A DNA stretch of 64,000 nt, from NCBI GenBank assembly GCA_012295275.1, contig CM022676.1:3348001-3412000 (forward strand). Reading direction: 5' to 3'. A program made the translations under genes and the position numbers. This document shows positions 13,402 to 28,872 of this stretch, in pieces (within the stretch, counting starts at the first letter, position 1; every line of letters starts with the position of its first letter). The notes under the pieces were generated by a model. The model saw nothing but the letters and a program-made list of their open reading frames with translations. It was not told the origin of the DNA and did no database searches. The DNA comes from Chrysomallon squamiferum (lineage: Eukaryota; Animalia; Mollusca).

Positions 13402-13594
13402 GGCTCAGTAAGTGTCAGTATATATTTAAAATACGTAATGTGTGTGTCAGACATTAACGAAAGAAAATATTTATCAAATCGACGATCTGTTTATTTATTT
13501 TATTGTTATTATTATTTTTAAAAGGTTCATGCCAAAAAGTGACACTTTATTTATTTATTTTGACAGCATCTTTACAAAAATATTTAACTTGTTA

Positions 13595-13625
<31 letters not shown>

Positions 13626-13703
13626 GTAAATGTTGTATAAAGAATATATATTTATCATTTTGCAGTCAGCAGGGAGTAGCATTATTTTTTTTTTTTTATT
13701 GAA

Positions 13704-13778
<75 letters not shown>

Positions 13779-14773
13779 ATATTAAACGTAAGGAATAAAT
13801 AAAATAGAATAGAATAAATAGAATAGAATAGAATAGAATAGAATAGAATAAAATAAAATAAAATAAAATAAAACAGCAACACTAAATAATTATGTACTAA
13901 CACTAACCGCTTTTGTAAGTTCTTAAGCCACGCCCACCCAGACTGGTGGTGTTTTCCTCCAAGTCAATAAGGATACGTCAACATTTAATTATAAATAATT
14001 AAGTTATAAGTACTGCAGTATGTCCGATAAACATTTCTTTTCAGTCTGATTCAATGTTTATGTGTTTTATAATATTTTATAAAACTGTTTTGGTTGAAAT
14101 ATATTACGGTAAGAAAAGACAAAAAAAAAAAAAAAAAAAAAATGTAAGTAAAGAAATAATAATAAAATTATAATTAATAAAATAAATAAAAATAATAATA
14201 ACAAATTATAAACTAACTAACTAAATAAATAAATAAATAAAAGTGTGACAGTAATAATAATAAATACAAATAACAGGACAAAACTGACGTGAATAAATTA
14301 TGATAATCGGTTTAAATTATCTACGTTATTTTAATAAATGAAGGCGTTACTTAGTTCGACATTTTGTAATTTGTTTTATACAAATATCAATAACTGTTTT
14401 TCACGTTATAAATATCAAACTAACGATCAGACGAGAAAATTCTAATCAAAATATTTTCACCAAATGTGAAAAATAATTTGAAGATTTTTGCGCGTGTGTG
14501 TGTGTTTGCGCGCGTGTATGTGTGTTTGCGCGCGCTGGCGGTTAACATCTATCTGTTGTATGTATCATAGCACAGAGAAATGTGTAAAAATAAATATTCA
14601 GAAAAATAAGGAAAAACAAAACATTAGAATTAAGATTCTTGTAATAACTGTATTATTTGTTCGTGTAGTAGTAATAGTAGTAACAGTAACGGCTATAAAT
14701 GTAGTATTAGAAAAAATATTTTAAAAATATTATTAAAAATCTTGTTTTGATTAAAATTATTAACCAGTATAGC

Positions 14774-14865
<92 letters not shown>

Positions 14866-14980
14866 AAGTAGTAGTAGTAGTAGTAGATAACAGCAACGGA
14901 AACTTATAACATATTATGAAAACAATTTCTTATTAATATTATTTTTATTGTTATTATTATTATTATTATTGATACTGTAT

Positions 14981-15019
<39 letters not shown>

Positions 15020-15429
15020 TTTTTTTTTTTACTTTTGTTAATAAAAATGTTTTATTATGAAATAATAATTAACCAATTTAATGTTTTCTCGCTGTTTATA
15101 ATAATAATAATAATAATGTATACACAATACAAATTACAATTATCCATTAGAATATATTTTATTAGTTCTTTTGTTTTTCTGTTTTCTTTTCTTTTTTATT
15201 ATTATTCTTTTTCTTTTTTTTTCAGATTACTTATATTAATAATGTTTATTTATTTTTACAACGTTTCTTGCTGTTTTGTTGGGCTTTTTTTCTCAAGATA
15301 AAATCCATGATATTTTTATCCGTCAGAAATATAAGATTTTAATTTTAAAGACAAATAGAGTGTGTTTTGTAATACATTAATAAATATATACATATTGTTA
15401 CATAGAACATGGAACATGTAAATTTATAA

Positions 15430-15460
<31 letters not shown>

Positions 15461-15805
15461 AAATAATAATAATCAACTTTAAACGAAGGTAAATTATAGA
15501 CACATTAATATTTCGTATTATACGGAAATTTGTTTATCTTCATATTTATTTATATATATATTTATTTATTCATTCATTGATTGATTCATTCATTCTTTTA
15601 AATTATTCGTTTTCTTTGTTGTTTGCGTATGTTGTTACTGTTCGCTTATTTATTTATATAATTTATTTATTAAATTGTTGATTGATTGGTTTATTAATTT
15701 ATTTATTTATGTGGGTTTTTTTTTCTGAATATATTATAAATATCGGATAAATTACTAAAACTACACATCAGTGAAAATGTTATTTTGTTATTATTATTAT
15801 TATTT

Positions 15806-15847
<42 letters not shown>

Positions 15848-16200
15848 AATGTATTTTTAATCATTTATTTTAATCACGCACAACTTTGTTTAATTTTATT
15901 TTTAATATTTTTTAATAATTAGAAAGAAAATAATTAAGTTTTTAAAAGGAAAATTAAGAACAGTAACAACATAAATAATAATAATAATAATAATGATAAT
16001 AATAATAACTGTAGTAGTAGTAGTAGAAGTAGTAGTAAAAAAGATAATGAAGAAAAAAGAAAGAAAGAAAGAAATAAAAGGCTGTTTCAACGGGTACATT
16101 GAACTAAAATTCTGAAATAGAAAGTTGATGAGAAAAATAATGATTTATTATTTACCCAGTGATTAGAATAAAAGATACTGAAAAGGAAAATGAAGTAAAT

Positions 16201-16275
<75 letters not shown>

Positions 16276-16433
16276 TATCTTGAAAAATAAAGATAAAAAG
16301 AAAAAAAAGAAAAGAAAAGAAGAATTAAATAAATGCTGTTTCCTCGGACATGTCACGACAATAAACAACATTTGAAACACCCTTTTCTCCTAATATATAT
16401 ATAAAGAAGAAAAAAAAAAAAAAAAAAAATTAC

Positions 16434-16491
16434 CCAGACATATACAAAATATTAAATAGGATGCGTCTAAATAATATAAAAATAAAATCAT
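16434..16491 (-). CDS. First coding segment, signal-peptide-like MILFLYYLDASYLIFCICL; the whole exon is 16434-16636
   Basis: Acceptor gtgtctgcag| at 16637-16638, ATG at 16491, 19 mostly hydrophobic codons, then a phase-1 donor TGG|gtaatt. This is the typical layout of a signal-peptide exon. Confidence 0.55.
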
Positions 16492-16723
16492 ACGAAATAT
16501 CAAAAACTTCCTAACGACAACGTGAATGACATATCTGCCCTCTTAGACCCAGAGGTTGACGTAGCCAGCAACAACGCGACCACGAAGCCAGACGAAACAT
16601 CACAACACCATTTTGTTAAAGATAATATATCGAAATCTGCAGACACACACACACACACACTAACACTAACAAGATTTGGTCAAATTTTTCGTTTAGGAAA
16701 CAAAAATAAAAAAGGTTTCATAC

Positions 16724-17050
16724 CTGTTAAAGCTTTCGTTCGAAACTCGGAGTCTTCTGTTGACGGAGGATTTTAATTTTTTTAATTTTTAGTTTTCTTT
16801 TCTTTTTTTTTTTTTTCGTTCTTATCGGCAGAATCTTGTCGATAAAGCTAGACTCCATAAACCCGGCGAGAGCCGAGACTGACTTGCGTGGGACCCGCCA
16901 TATTCAGCGAAAACTCAACGCCAAACCAGTGCCCTAGATAATGAACAACTTCGAACATAAGCAAGAAAATCAATAACTTTCAACTCTGCTGATAATTGTA
17001 ACAAACTAATTGTTAAATTATGTCGATATCTGCAACATATTGCATACCGT
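16724..17050 (-). other. Probable non-coding first exon (5' UTR) of the minus-strand gene; 5' end approximate
   Basis: Donor CAG|gtatga at 16723 opens an 87-nt GT-AG intron (16637-16723). The sequence is CpG-rich and contains only short uORFs. Confidence 0.5.
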
Positions 17051-17390
17051 TAATCTCTGCGTTGCCGATTTCCCGCCGTCCTATTTTGTCTCGCGGAGTG
17101 ATTCGCCGGCAGCGCGGCCGTGGATAATTTATGTCTGGCAAGGAATTTAAGTGAACCAATCAAACCGAAGCAGTTAAAATCAGGCGACATTTAAAAGTAA
17201 TTACTTACGATTTTTGCCAAATTTAAAAGAAATGCATTGATTGAAACCCCCTGTTTGGTATTTTTGTATTTATTTTAACGCCATTTGGAAATCTGCGTTT
17301 TATTCGTTAATTATAGATTGTTCTATTTTGTTCCAGATTGTTCCACTGTCGAGCGACATAGCGCAAGCTTACACCGATAGTTGTCTGCTA
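17040..17390. promoter_or_regulatory. CpG-rich promoter region
   Basis: Part of the longest CpG-rich stretch in the window. Contains an E2F site TTTCCCGCC (17069-17077), CCAAT (17156-17160) and a YY1-like CGCCATTT near 17279. Confidence 0.6.
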
Positions 17391-17859
17391 AAAGTGAGAT
17401 ATTTATAGTACTTTCTCTCATTCCTCTACATTTTCTATTATTCTTAGATAAATGTTAAAAAATAAAAAAAATGAATTTGTTTAAAAAAAAAATAATAATA
17501 ATAAAATAATAAATAAAAATAAATAAATAAATAAATAATATAAAATAAAACTAAAATTTAAAAAAAAAATATATATATATATATTAAATAAAGCCAGAAT
17601 ATAAAATTCATAAATTTATCTTTTAATTATATTTACCTTCATTTCAGTTATTTTTGTTATAAATTATAAGATATACACATCCATTACTTAAGGAAAGATC
17701 ATCTTAATTTAAAATATCTAATTAAAAAAGTAATCATTTAATTTATTTCATTTTATTTTTCAATCTTATTTCTCAAAGTGTTACTGTCGATTTCTTCATC
17801 TAATTATTTACATTAATTCACAGATAAATAAAAAAATATGGCGTGCAAATACAGTGAGA

Positions 17860-17929
<70 letters not shown>

Positions 17930-18819
17930 GAATTTTCAAAAATTATAGTCAATAATCAGTTTTACTTCATATGACACCAACACATACAATATAAGGCATA
18001 ATAAGATTTTTACCTTCAAATAGAACATAATTAATTATATATGTAATTATTAAACAGTCTTATAATATATTAACTGAAATTTCATATAAAACAGTTTAAA
18101 TATCACTCAAGAAATTTTCGCATAACAGTAAATTAACAGATGGTTTGTGTTGATTCATCACTGTAAATTTCATATATCTATAACTACGTACCTCTCACAA
18201 ACTAATACTGTGTTGATGTTACTGACATTGTACATGTAATGATGACGACGTCGACGCTGATGCACTGAAATTAAATATAAAAAATAATGGGGGGAAAAAG
18301 CCATTACATCGTGGCTCTTAAAATAATTAAAAATTTTAACACATGTAAATTAAAATAGATGGCAAAATGATTGGGAAGAACACATTAAGTGAAGTTTCGG
18401 CAGGTAGACAGAGAGGAATAACAAAACTGAAAAAAAAACTTCCTCCTGCAACTTATAGAAATAAATTTTATTTAATAATTATGCAAAGTACAGAGATACC
18501 TTTTACTATAACCTTCTGACTCGTACACGAACTAATTAATAAATTTAAAAAACTACACATTTCTCCATTCGTTTTTGTAAGTCAGCAGCAAAATGTATTT
18601 AAAGACAGTTTTAATGTATTTAAAAACAGAGATATCATGTTATGCTAATGGGATAATCAGAGTTAAATGTATTCTGTTTATTTCATGTAAGTAATTCAGT
18701 CATAAAACATTCATTACATTCCTAGCCACACTTAATGCAAATATTTTATTTAAAAAAATTGAGTTAAATATATATGCAGATCGATTTACTTGAAGAAATT
18801 GACAGATGGATGAATAGCT

Positions 18820-19195
18820 AGGTAGATAGATATAGAGACAGACTATCTATATAGATAAATAGAGATAGAGAGATAGACAGATATATAGATATATAGATAG
18901 ACAGATAGATATATAGATAGACAGAAAGATAGATATATAGATAGATAGATAGAGAGATAAACAGATATATAGATATATAGATAGACAGATAGATATCTAG
19001 ATATATAGATAGACAGAAAGATACATATATAGATAGACAGATAGATAGATATATAGATAGACAGCTAGAGAGATTGAAAGATTGAAAGGTAGATAGCCAG
19101 ATAGAGAGAGATAGGTAGGTAGGTACGTACGTATGTAGATATATAGAAGTAAGTAAGGAAGGAGGAATGAATGGATAGACGAATGGATGGATATG
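18820..19195. repeat. (AGAT)n/(AGAC)n compound microsatellite
   Basis: Direct reading of the sequence. Confidence 0.9.
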
Positions 19196-19681
19196 CAATT
19201 ATACAGGCATAGAAATATCGAAACTTTGTATAAAAACAGAGATACACTGACTGACTGATTTATAAAACTGATTAATAGAGAGAGACAATGAAAGACACAA
19301 TGACAAAGTTAGTAAAACGAATAATGTTAAACAGAGAGATGAAAAGAGAGATAGAGACAAACAAACAGAAAAGTAATGCAACTAAACTACAGATAAAAAA
19401 AAAAAAAGAAAAAAAAAGAGTAGTAATTGACTCGACAGATATTTAGATGAAATAACAGAGGAACTAAGAAACAGACAGGCAGACAGAGAGACAGACAGAC
19501 AGACAGACCGACATACTTTTCAGAAAAAAAGATCGAAGCTAGATAGACGCAACAACATATTATTATGTCACATTTCTAACAATCATTTTGAAATAATGCA
19601 CTGCAAGATTTTCATCAATGTCTGTTTTTTGTTTCTACTCCGAAACTACACGTAAACAGCAAGCAACAGTAAAATATCAAC

Positions 19682-19747
<66 letters not shown>

Positions 19748-19975
19748 ATATATATATTTGATAATTAAAATCTATTTTTTCTCTATTCGATTGTTTTAAA
19801 GAAATTTTCATACACACATACATGAAATTAAACTATTCTTACAGTATTTTTTTTTTTTTCAATTAATTAATGTATATCTAAATTTAATTTTTTTTTTTTT
19901 TTTTAATCTTTAATTTACGAAGAGAATTTTAAGTAAAAAGTGTTAAAAGAGATCCCGATAACGTCACTGACATTG

Positions 19976-20009
<34 letters not shown>

Positions 20010-20375
20010 TATCACCATGATCATCATCAGCATTACAAAATTACAGCTACTTTAAAAGTTTTCACAACGTTTTGCTTACACATCAAAGATATTTAAATAT
20101 GCATTTCAACAGATTTGATAACGTAGATGTCGTCGTAATAGTAGCAGCACACACCAGCAGCTACTTTGATGTCGAACGCCTCTTTTTATAATCACTGTTT
20201 GCGAATGACAAGTTGTTTTAAAATAAATTAAAGTTCTAGAATTTACATAAAACACACTGAGAATCGAAACAGTCAACAATAAGCACATTCTGAAAACCCA
20301 TTCACTTTAAATCACAACAACAACAAATGATAATGTTGATGATAATAAAAATATTATTAAAATATAAATTATCAT

Positions 20376-20410
<35 letters not shown>

Positions 20411-20835
20411 AAATAATAATAATAATAATAATGATAATAATAATAATAAAAAAATAATAATAATAATGATGATGATCATAATAATAATAGCAAAATCAAC
20501 AATAGCAATGACAAAAACAATAACTACATCAGCAACAAAACAATTAGAACAAAGCAGAGCAAAAGACATTTCAAATATTGCTTTATAGAGCGACTAAATA
20601 CATTTTTTTTTTTTAAAGTAGAAAAAAGTAAGAAAGAAAAAAATAAAGAAAGAAAAGTAAAGATTAAAAAAAAATATAGAAAACAAAGATAAAGCAGATT
20701 CGACAACATAATCGTCGTCATTAGCAACTACAACAACAACATTTCACCATCGAACAGAAAGTGTCAATGATCTTTCTAAAATAAATACTAAAACTGCTTT
20801 TATTTGGTAGAGGTTCTGTCGTTCTTATGATTATG

Positions 20836-20920
<85 letters not shown>

Positions 20921-21069
20921 TTGTTGTTGTTGTTGTTGTTTATACTGTTCTTTTTAGTATTGCTAGACTGTTGTTTTAATTTCATTATTTTCTTTAAAAG
21001 CATTGCTATTAGGACTGTTATACTGGTGTTGTTGTTATTATTATTGTTGTTGTTGTTTTTCTTATTATT

Positions 21070-21117
<48 letters not shown>

Positions 21118-21295
21118 AACAAAATAATTATGCAAAAATTTCTGAACGTATCGATAATTATTATTTTAAAGAAAAGTGATGATGATGATAATGTTAAAGA
21201 TGATGATTATAATGATAATGATGATCATAAGTACATTATTTTGTATTTTAGAAATTATTCTTAGAAAAAAACAAGATATAAAAAATGTTTTTCAG

Positions 21296-21347
<52 letters not shown>

Positions 21348-21862
21348 CAACCACAACAACAACAGCAACAATGACAATAACAATAACAATAAGAACAACG
21401 AACAACAACAACAACAAAATAATAATAAAAAAACAACAAGAATCATAAAAATACCTAAAAAAATATATGCAATTCAGAAATCTAAAGGAGTTTGAAATAT
21501 CTGCAAAATAATTAAATTTTAAAAATCAATAATAATTGGATAATATTATCCAATGACTGATGGTTTCTCTCCCAGTCGATGAGTAATCTGCGACATTTAA
21601 ATGTAGTCCGGCATGTATTACTACGCCACGTGAACTCTGCACGGTCTTTCTTGTAATTTAAAAGACAAAATGACATCACCTGGCCTGGTTAGATTTTCTT
21701 CACGCATTTTTATATTTTTAAATTTAATTTATGCGTTCTCTTGAAATGAGGGTGTATCACCGATTTCAAGAAAGAAAGGGGACTGTTGTTAAAATGGGGT
21801 ATTGTTAACCGAAATGTGCATGGTTTGTAGGTGCATAGGAAGGAGAATATGGGTATACGGGT

Positions 21863-21934
<72 letters not shown>

Positions 21935-22477
21935 GTAGTAGTAGTAGTAGTAATAATAATAGTAGTGCAGTAGTAGTAATAATAGTAGTAATAATGTTAA
22001 TGATGATAATGACAATAATAATAATAACACTACTACTTCTACTACTACTACTAATAATAATCATAATCATCATCATCATCATCGTCATCATTCCAAGTTG
22101 AAATGAATATAAATAAAAGTTTAGAAATTTTTGAACAAGATCTTTTTAATAAAAGGAAAAATTAATATATAAGGTTTTATACGTGCAAAATAGTATAGCA
22201 ACATAAATTATTGGCATCCGATATAAATTCCAGCAATGTAACTCTTATTAAAACAGCTTCGTTTCTTGTCAGTGAGTAACTGAACTTAGCAAGTGATAAT
22301 TAAGTAGGTAAATAAATAAGTAAGTAAACTGATAAACAAGTTCGTAAATAAATAAGTAAGTAAATTGATAAATAAGTAAATAATTAAGTACACTTAGGAG
22401 AGATGAAAACTAATGGACAAAATATCTTTTTTATGGAAAGCTTAAATTAATTTTCGTTCGTTTGTTTGTCTGTTCAT

Positions 22478-22520
<43 letters not shown>

Positions 22521-23238
22521 TGTATTAATTAATTAATTATTTTTCTAATTTTATATTTCTCAAAATATCTAAATTATTTTCGTTTATTCTTCGTCATATA
22601 CAAATATTATTATTATTGTTGTTATTGTTATTATTATTATTATTATTACTGTTGTTATTGTTATTATTATTATTATTATTATTACTGTCGTTATTGTTAC
22701 AGTATTTGTTACTGAAATTAATTTTCAACTGTTACTAAAATTAATTAATTTCTTTTAAATATATTAAATATGATATAAAAGATTCTTAACATTAATTTTT
22801 TATATTGTCGTTAGTATTGTTTTAAAAAACGAATTATTACTACCTTTTAATTTATGCATAGTATTTTCTCATATCTAATATTTCATGACTATTTGTATTT
22901 ATATTGTTTAATAACACCAAAAAAATTTGATATGTAAATATGTATATTTTTTTTACTATCGATGGAAGTTACTTTCATAACTTTTTGAATAATTTTTTGT
23001 TATATTTAAAGTCATCAAAGTTGTGAATTAATAATTAAATAAATGTAATTAGTGTTTAGAAAATATTTTGTAGAAACTGATTTTGTTATCACTCATAGAT
23101 AAATTTAAAATGTTTTTCGTCTTTATTTTGCTATGTGACTCTAAAATAATTATGATTAATAATTACCATTTATATTAATTAAAAAATGAGGCTAAGCTAT
23201 AGTATATAGAATATGAACAAACAACAACAACAACATTC

Positions 23239-23288
<50 letters not shown>

Positions 23289-23481
23289 CACTATCATTAT
23301 TTTCGTAAATTATAATGATATTTATGATAATTATGAAGATTTTAATAATAATTAATTGAAATTAATACTTTGTTTGAAAATTAAAAAAATAAATAAATAT
23401 ATAAAAAAAGTATTTAATTAATTTACATTATCCTCGGTAAATAAAACAAATGTATATACAATGTAGATATAAAATATCGTT

Positions 23482-23523
<42 letters not shown>

Positions 23524-24463
23524 TTTGTAAAATTAGTGACAAACAAAAATAAATATATTTCTTAAAATGGAACAAATTTGTATACTTATGAAGAAAAACT
23601 CGAAAAAGAAAGAACCATCCCGAAATAATAATATATATATTTATGTAAAAATAAAGAAATAAATAAAATAAATAAAGCAAAAGAAAATATATTGTAATGA
23701 ATACTTTTAATATAATATTAATTGAAATCTACAACAAGAAACAACAAGAAAAGCCATATAGAGTTGTTTACAGGTATTTTAGTACGATATATGGACTAAA
23801 TTCGAAACACATTAGTAAATAAATAAATAAATAAATAAATAAACGTCAAAATTACTTATTTCAAAATTTTGGTAATTATATTTTCTTTTAATTTTCAAAA
23901 CTCAAAATCAGTCGAGAATAAGAAAACTATATTTAAATCAGTCATTAGTAAATTGGTAAAAAAATTGATAACAAACCAGAAATTAAAATTAATCTTTGTT
24001 TCAAACAACAGAGAAACAAATTTAATATTTAATGTCTGAAAATAATTTTCGTAGTTACATTTTTCATATAATTATTATTTTTGTAAGATATCTCGGTTTT
24101 TCAAAATAATCTTTATTTTATGTGTATTTAAATTAGGATGATACCATTATACGTTTTAAAATGCCTGATCATAAAAGGTAATTAATATTATTTAAATTTT
24201 ATTTGAAGAACTAAATGTGCGATATAAGAAAAAAGAACGAATAAAAGAAAGAAATATCGAAAAAATATTTTTTTATTTATTTATTTATTTGTTTGTTTGT
24301 TTGTCTGTTAATTTAATTCAATTTAATTTAATTAATTAATTAAGTTACTTACTTACTTACTTACTTACTTATTCGTTAATTTAATTAATTAATTTGATGT
24401 GATGTGATTTGATTTAATTTGTTTATTATCATTATTATTAACTAATTAATAATAATAGTATTA

Positions 24464-24524
<61 letters not shown>

Positions 24525-24816
24525 ATCATTCTGTTGTCTCAGGTTTCTGTTTTTAATCACATGTTAATTCAGTTTTATAAATCTTATGTACTCAAATATC
24601 TCGATGTCTCAGTCCCTTAATATCTCTCTAAACTGATTTCTGCTCCTTTAAACATTAATTTTGCTCAAATAAAGAAAACAAAATAGCATGCCTTTATCAA
24701 GTAGATATTAGTTTACACTGAAAACTGCTAAACTTGTACATGCGTTTGAAAAGAAAGATTAACATAATATACAGCGAACATATAAGTCTCGTTTTAATGA
24801 AAGATTTTCTTACATA

Positions 24817-24894
<78 letters not shown>

Positions 24895-25328
24895 TGTTTC
24901 AATAAAAGATTTTCTTACCTAATATATTGCAAATATATATAAGTGTCGTTTTAATAAAATAAAAAATTCGTAGGTCGTAAATTTAAGGAAGTGAAAAATA
25001 AAAAAAGTTGTAGTATTACCGTTCGAAAAAAGGACTAATTTCTAAATATATTTTATTAGTAACTTATAATAATTAAAATAATTAATAATAATAATATAGG
25101 CATTTGTATATGGTAGCTTTATTTGTAATTATGTATATTTACGGTTAATGCATAAAAAGGTTTGTATGTTTTAATTTGATACCATTATTGGTAAAAAAGG
25201 TTATTGGCGAAAAAATATTATCGGAAATTGTTTTTTATTTTTTTAAATTTTATTTTATTTTTTATTTGTAAGTAAATAATAATAGTAATAATAATATAAT
25301 AATAGTAATAATAATAATAATAATAATA

Positions 25329-25373
<45 letters not shown>

Positions 25374-26096
25374 AATAAATTCATAATAATAACTACAACA
25401 ACAACAACAACAATAATAAAAGTAAAAGCAATAAAAATATAATTAAATTAAATTTAAAAAACAAAATGAGATATTAAAATAATAATTAATTAATTTTATG
25501 AAAATACAGCTTAGACAGCAAAATTTAAGAAACTTTTGAAATATATTCTTGAACGCTGAAGTAAATTTTTCATTCTTGCAAATTAAGATGGTATTTCTGC
25601 GTTTAATTGAATATAAAAATTAATATATTGAAATATAAATTGAAATATAAATTGAAATATAAATTGAAATATAAATATATCTTATAAACATTTCTTAAAC
25701 TGCAAAACGGGGAAATTTATATTTTGTCACGTTTGTATTTTTTCTTTCTGTTCTTTTTTAATTTAAAAAATGTATTATTATAATTTTTAATAGTTAATAT
25801 ATTTACATAGCTTTAAAACACCTGTGAAATCCTAACTGTGATATTTAAATATGTGTTTACTGATGCACAGGTGTTTTTTTTTTTTTTGTGGTGGGTGGGT
25901 TTTTTTTTTTTTCGATTTCAGTTTGGAAAAATATCATATGACTTATTTATTTGAAACGGGAATATAAATATTAATACTGATAGTTTAAATGTACTTCGTA
26001 AAATATAAAATAAAACAAATTAACTGGGAAGATAATCGATATATGATAATATTTACTTATTAATTTCAAATAATATTATAATTTATATAAAACCAA

Positions 26097-26158
<62 letters not shown>

Positions 26159-26285
26159 AATACATAAATAAATGATAATAATTATTATTGTAATGACATA
26201 TATGATAATAACAACCACAGTTTTGGAAGAGAGACAACAAAAATTAATTAATTAATTAAAAAATAAATTAAGAGTAATAAACATG

Positions 26286-26393
<108 letters not shown>

Positions 26394-26461
26394 AAGAAAG
26401 AAAAAACAGAGACAGAGATAGAGAGAGAGAGAGAGAGAGAATTAAGAGAGAAAAGAAAGAA

Positions 26462-26543
<82 letters not shown>

Positions 26544-27593
26544 CATTAAACGTAATTTTGACATGGTGTGTCTCTACGTCGACTCAGACAACAACGTTTC
26601 AAGGACAGGTCTACGTCAGCAAATGGAGCGCTACCAGACGCCACCAGGGACGGAGAATAAGAAACATCGTCAGCCTCAACCTTTCTCTAGTGACGTAATC
26701 CAAAATTAAAACAATTAGCCGTCTTAAACCACCAGTTTAATATGTACTGATATACATTAGTTTTCTTTATTCATAAGCCAATAACATATATATATATATC
26801 TTCAATTTAAAAAAGAAAAAAAGGAAAAAAAAAAAATTACAAAAAATTAAAGAAAGAAAGAAAAATGAAAGAAAGAAATGAAATTATACATTATATATAA
26901 AAAGTTTTAGTAAGTATATATTATTATTTTTATTGTATTTAGCTGATCAAAAATATTAAAATAAATAAACAAATAAATAAATAAAAATTAATAGTAATCG
27001 ATAAAAATTAAAAACAGGTGCATATTTAATGCACATAGGACCATTATTGATTTTTATTATATTTATTTCGTTATAAGAATTTAATATCTGTGTTTATATC
27101 TAAAATATAACGAAAGAAAAATTAAAAAGAAAGTAAGAATTTTTTTTCTAAGAACAATAATTTTAAATGACAATATAAAATTATTTTGATTGTTTGTAGA
27201 TCATCTAACAACGATAAAAAAAGTATATATAATTAAAAACGGAATTTGTAAATAAAATAAAAAATTTAAATCTGTACACTAAAATATTTTTATAAAGTAA
27301 AATCACTAAGCTAATAAACAAATATTAATATGAAAAAAAAATATAAGTAAATTATAAACTTTAATAAAAATTTAAATAAAAAAAAAAAAAAAAGAAAAGA
27401 CAAGAAATGGAAACAAAACAAAACAACATATCAAAAAATAATAATAACAAAAAAAAAAAAAAATTAAAACAGTGTTTATTTTCACTTTAAATTTCAAATA
27501 AACAGAATATATTAATTTTTCATCAACATTTACAGGTTGCCAATAGGATATGAAAACAAAAGAATAATTTGAAAATTAAAATGAAGAATAAGA

Positions 27594-27628
<35 letters not shown>

Positions 27629-27954
27629 AAAAAAAAAAAAAAAAAAAGATCAAAGCAAAACAATGAAGTATAAACACAGGAGAAAACAACAACAAGAAGA
27701 TAATATATACCAACTTGCAGTATGCGGCGTAAACTAAAAGTGTCATAGCTTAAAATTTCTCCCAGTTACAAGAAAAAAAAAAAAAAAACAAGAACATTAC
27801 GAAATCAAACTAGCTCTCTCTCATACATAAAAAGATTGTCTACATGTATCCATTTCTAAAGATTAAATCGTGTATTATAATATTCGTAAATCTAAACTCG
27901 ACAAACAAAAGAAGTAAAAGTATGTATAACACACGTTAAATAGGTTGGTTTTAC

Positions 27955-28150
27955 CTTGTCGGCGTATGCTGCGTTTAAAAGCGATATCTGTGTCATACAG
28001 TCTCGCCATTTTGCTGCAGCGCATGTATGGGCGTTGTATGCAAAACCGAAAGGTCAACTCGAAGAAGTGCAGAGCAGGCATTTCTTACATGATACAATAT
28101 ACTGGCTGAGAGCGGTACACGCAGACAAACTGAGGTTGCTTGCTTTAAAG
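27955..28150 (-). promoter_or_regulatory. CpG-rich promoter/first-exon candidate; may encode MARLYDTDIAFKRSIRRQ (28009-27955) before a phase-1 donor
   Basis: YY1 motif AAAATGGCG overlaps the ATG at 28009, an NRF1-like GCGCATG lies near 28019, and the donor AAG|gtaaaa is at 27954. A possible acceptor at 28151-28152 means it could instead be an internal exon. Confidence 0.5.
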
Positions 28151-28329
28151 CTGGTAGACGATAATGTAATGTAAAGTAGAATATTTTAATACACACATGT
28201 ATACATTATATATATATATATATATAGATAGATCGATAGATAGATAGATAGGCATATATATATATATATATATATATATCTATACACACACATACACACA
28301 TATATATATTGATTTATATATAGATTATA

Positions 28330-28404
<75 letters not shown>

Positions 28405-28800
28405 GCTTATACACTTATACATACACAAAAATCCCCACATATTTCTGTTACTTATGGTTATGATAGTATAAACTATATTACCTTAATTATGATCGTCATT
28501 GTATAATGAAAATATAATATTAATGTATATTTACATTACGTGACAATATATATCTTGAATAAAGTAATTAGCATAGAATAATATATTCTGTTAGGCAAAA
28601 AACATCTAGTATGAGAAATATTAAAATAATTAATATAAGGCAAATTAAATTAATGTTATGGAATCTAATGTGTAATGTGTAATCTATGTGTTATAGAACA
28701 AAAAAGACACATCTTGAATAAGGTAAATGAACAGTGTGATATTCGGCGATATATTATGAGAAAAGCAGATCATATTTAGTGTAAGGTAAAATATCTTAGC

Positions 28801-28872
<72 letters not shown>

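Noticed and set aside
16522-16776. Plus-strand 84-aa ORF MNDISALLDP...
   Set aside because: It has a GTG start, runs through a CA repeat, and is antisense to a better-supported minus-strand exon-intron-exon structure.
26098-26156. Long poly-A as a retrotransposon tail
   Set aside because: No upstream element body or target-site duplication; poly-A runs are common throughout the window.
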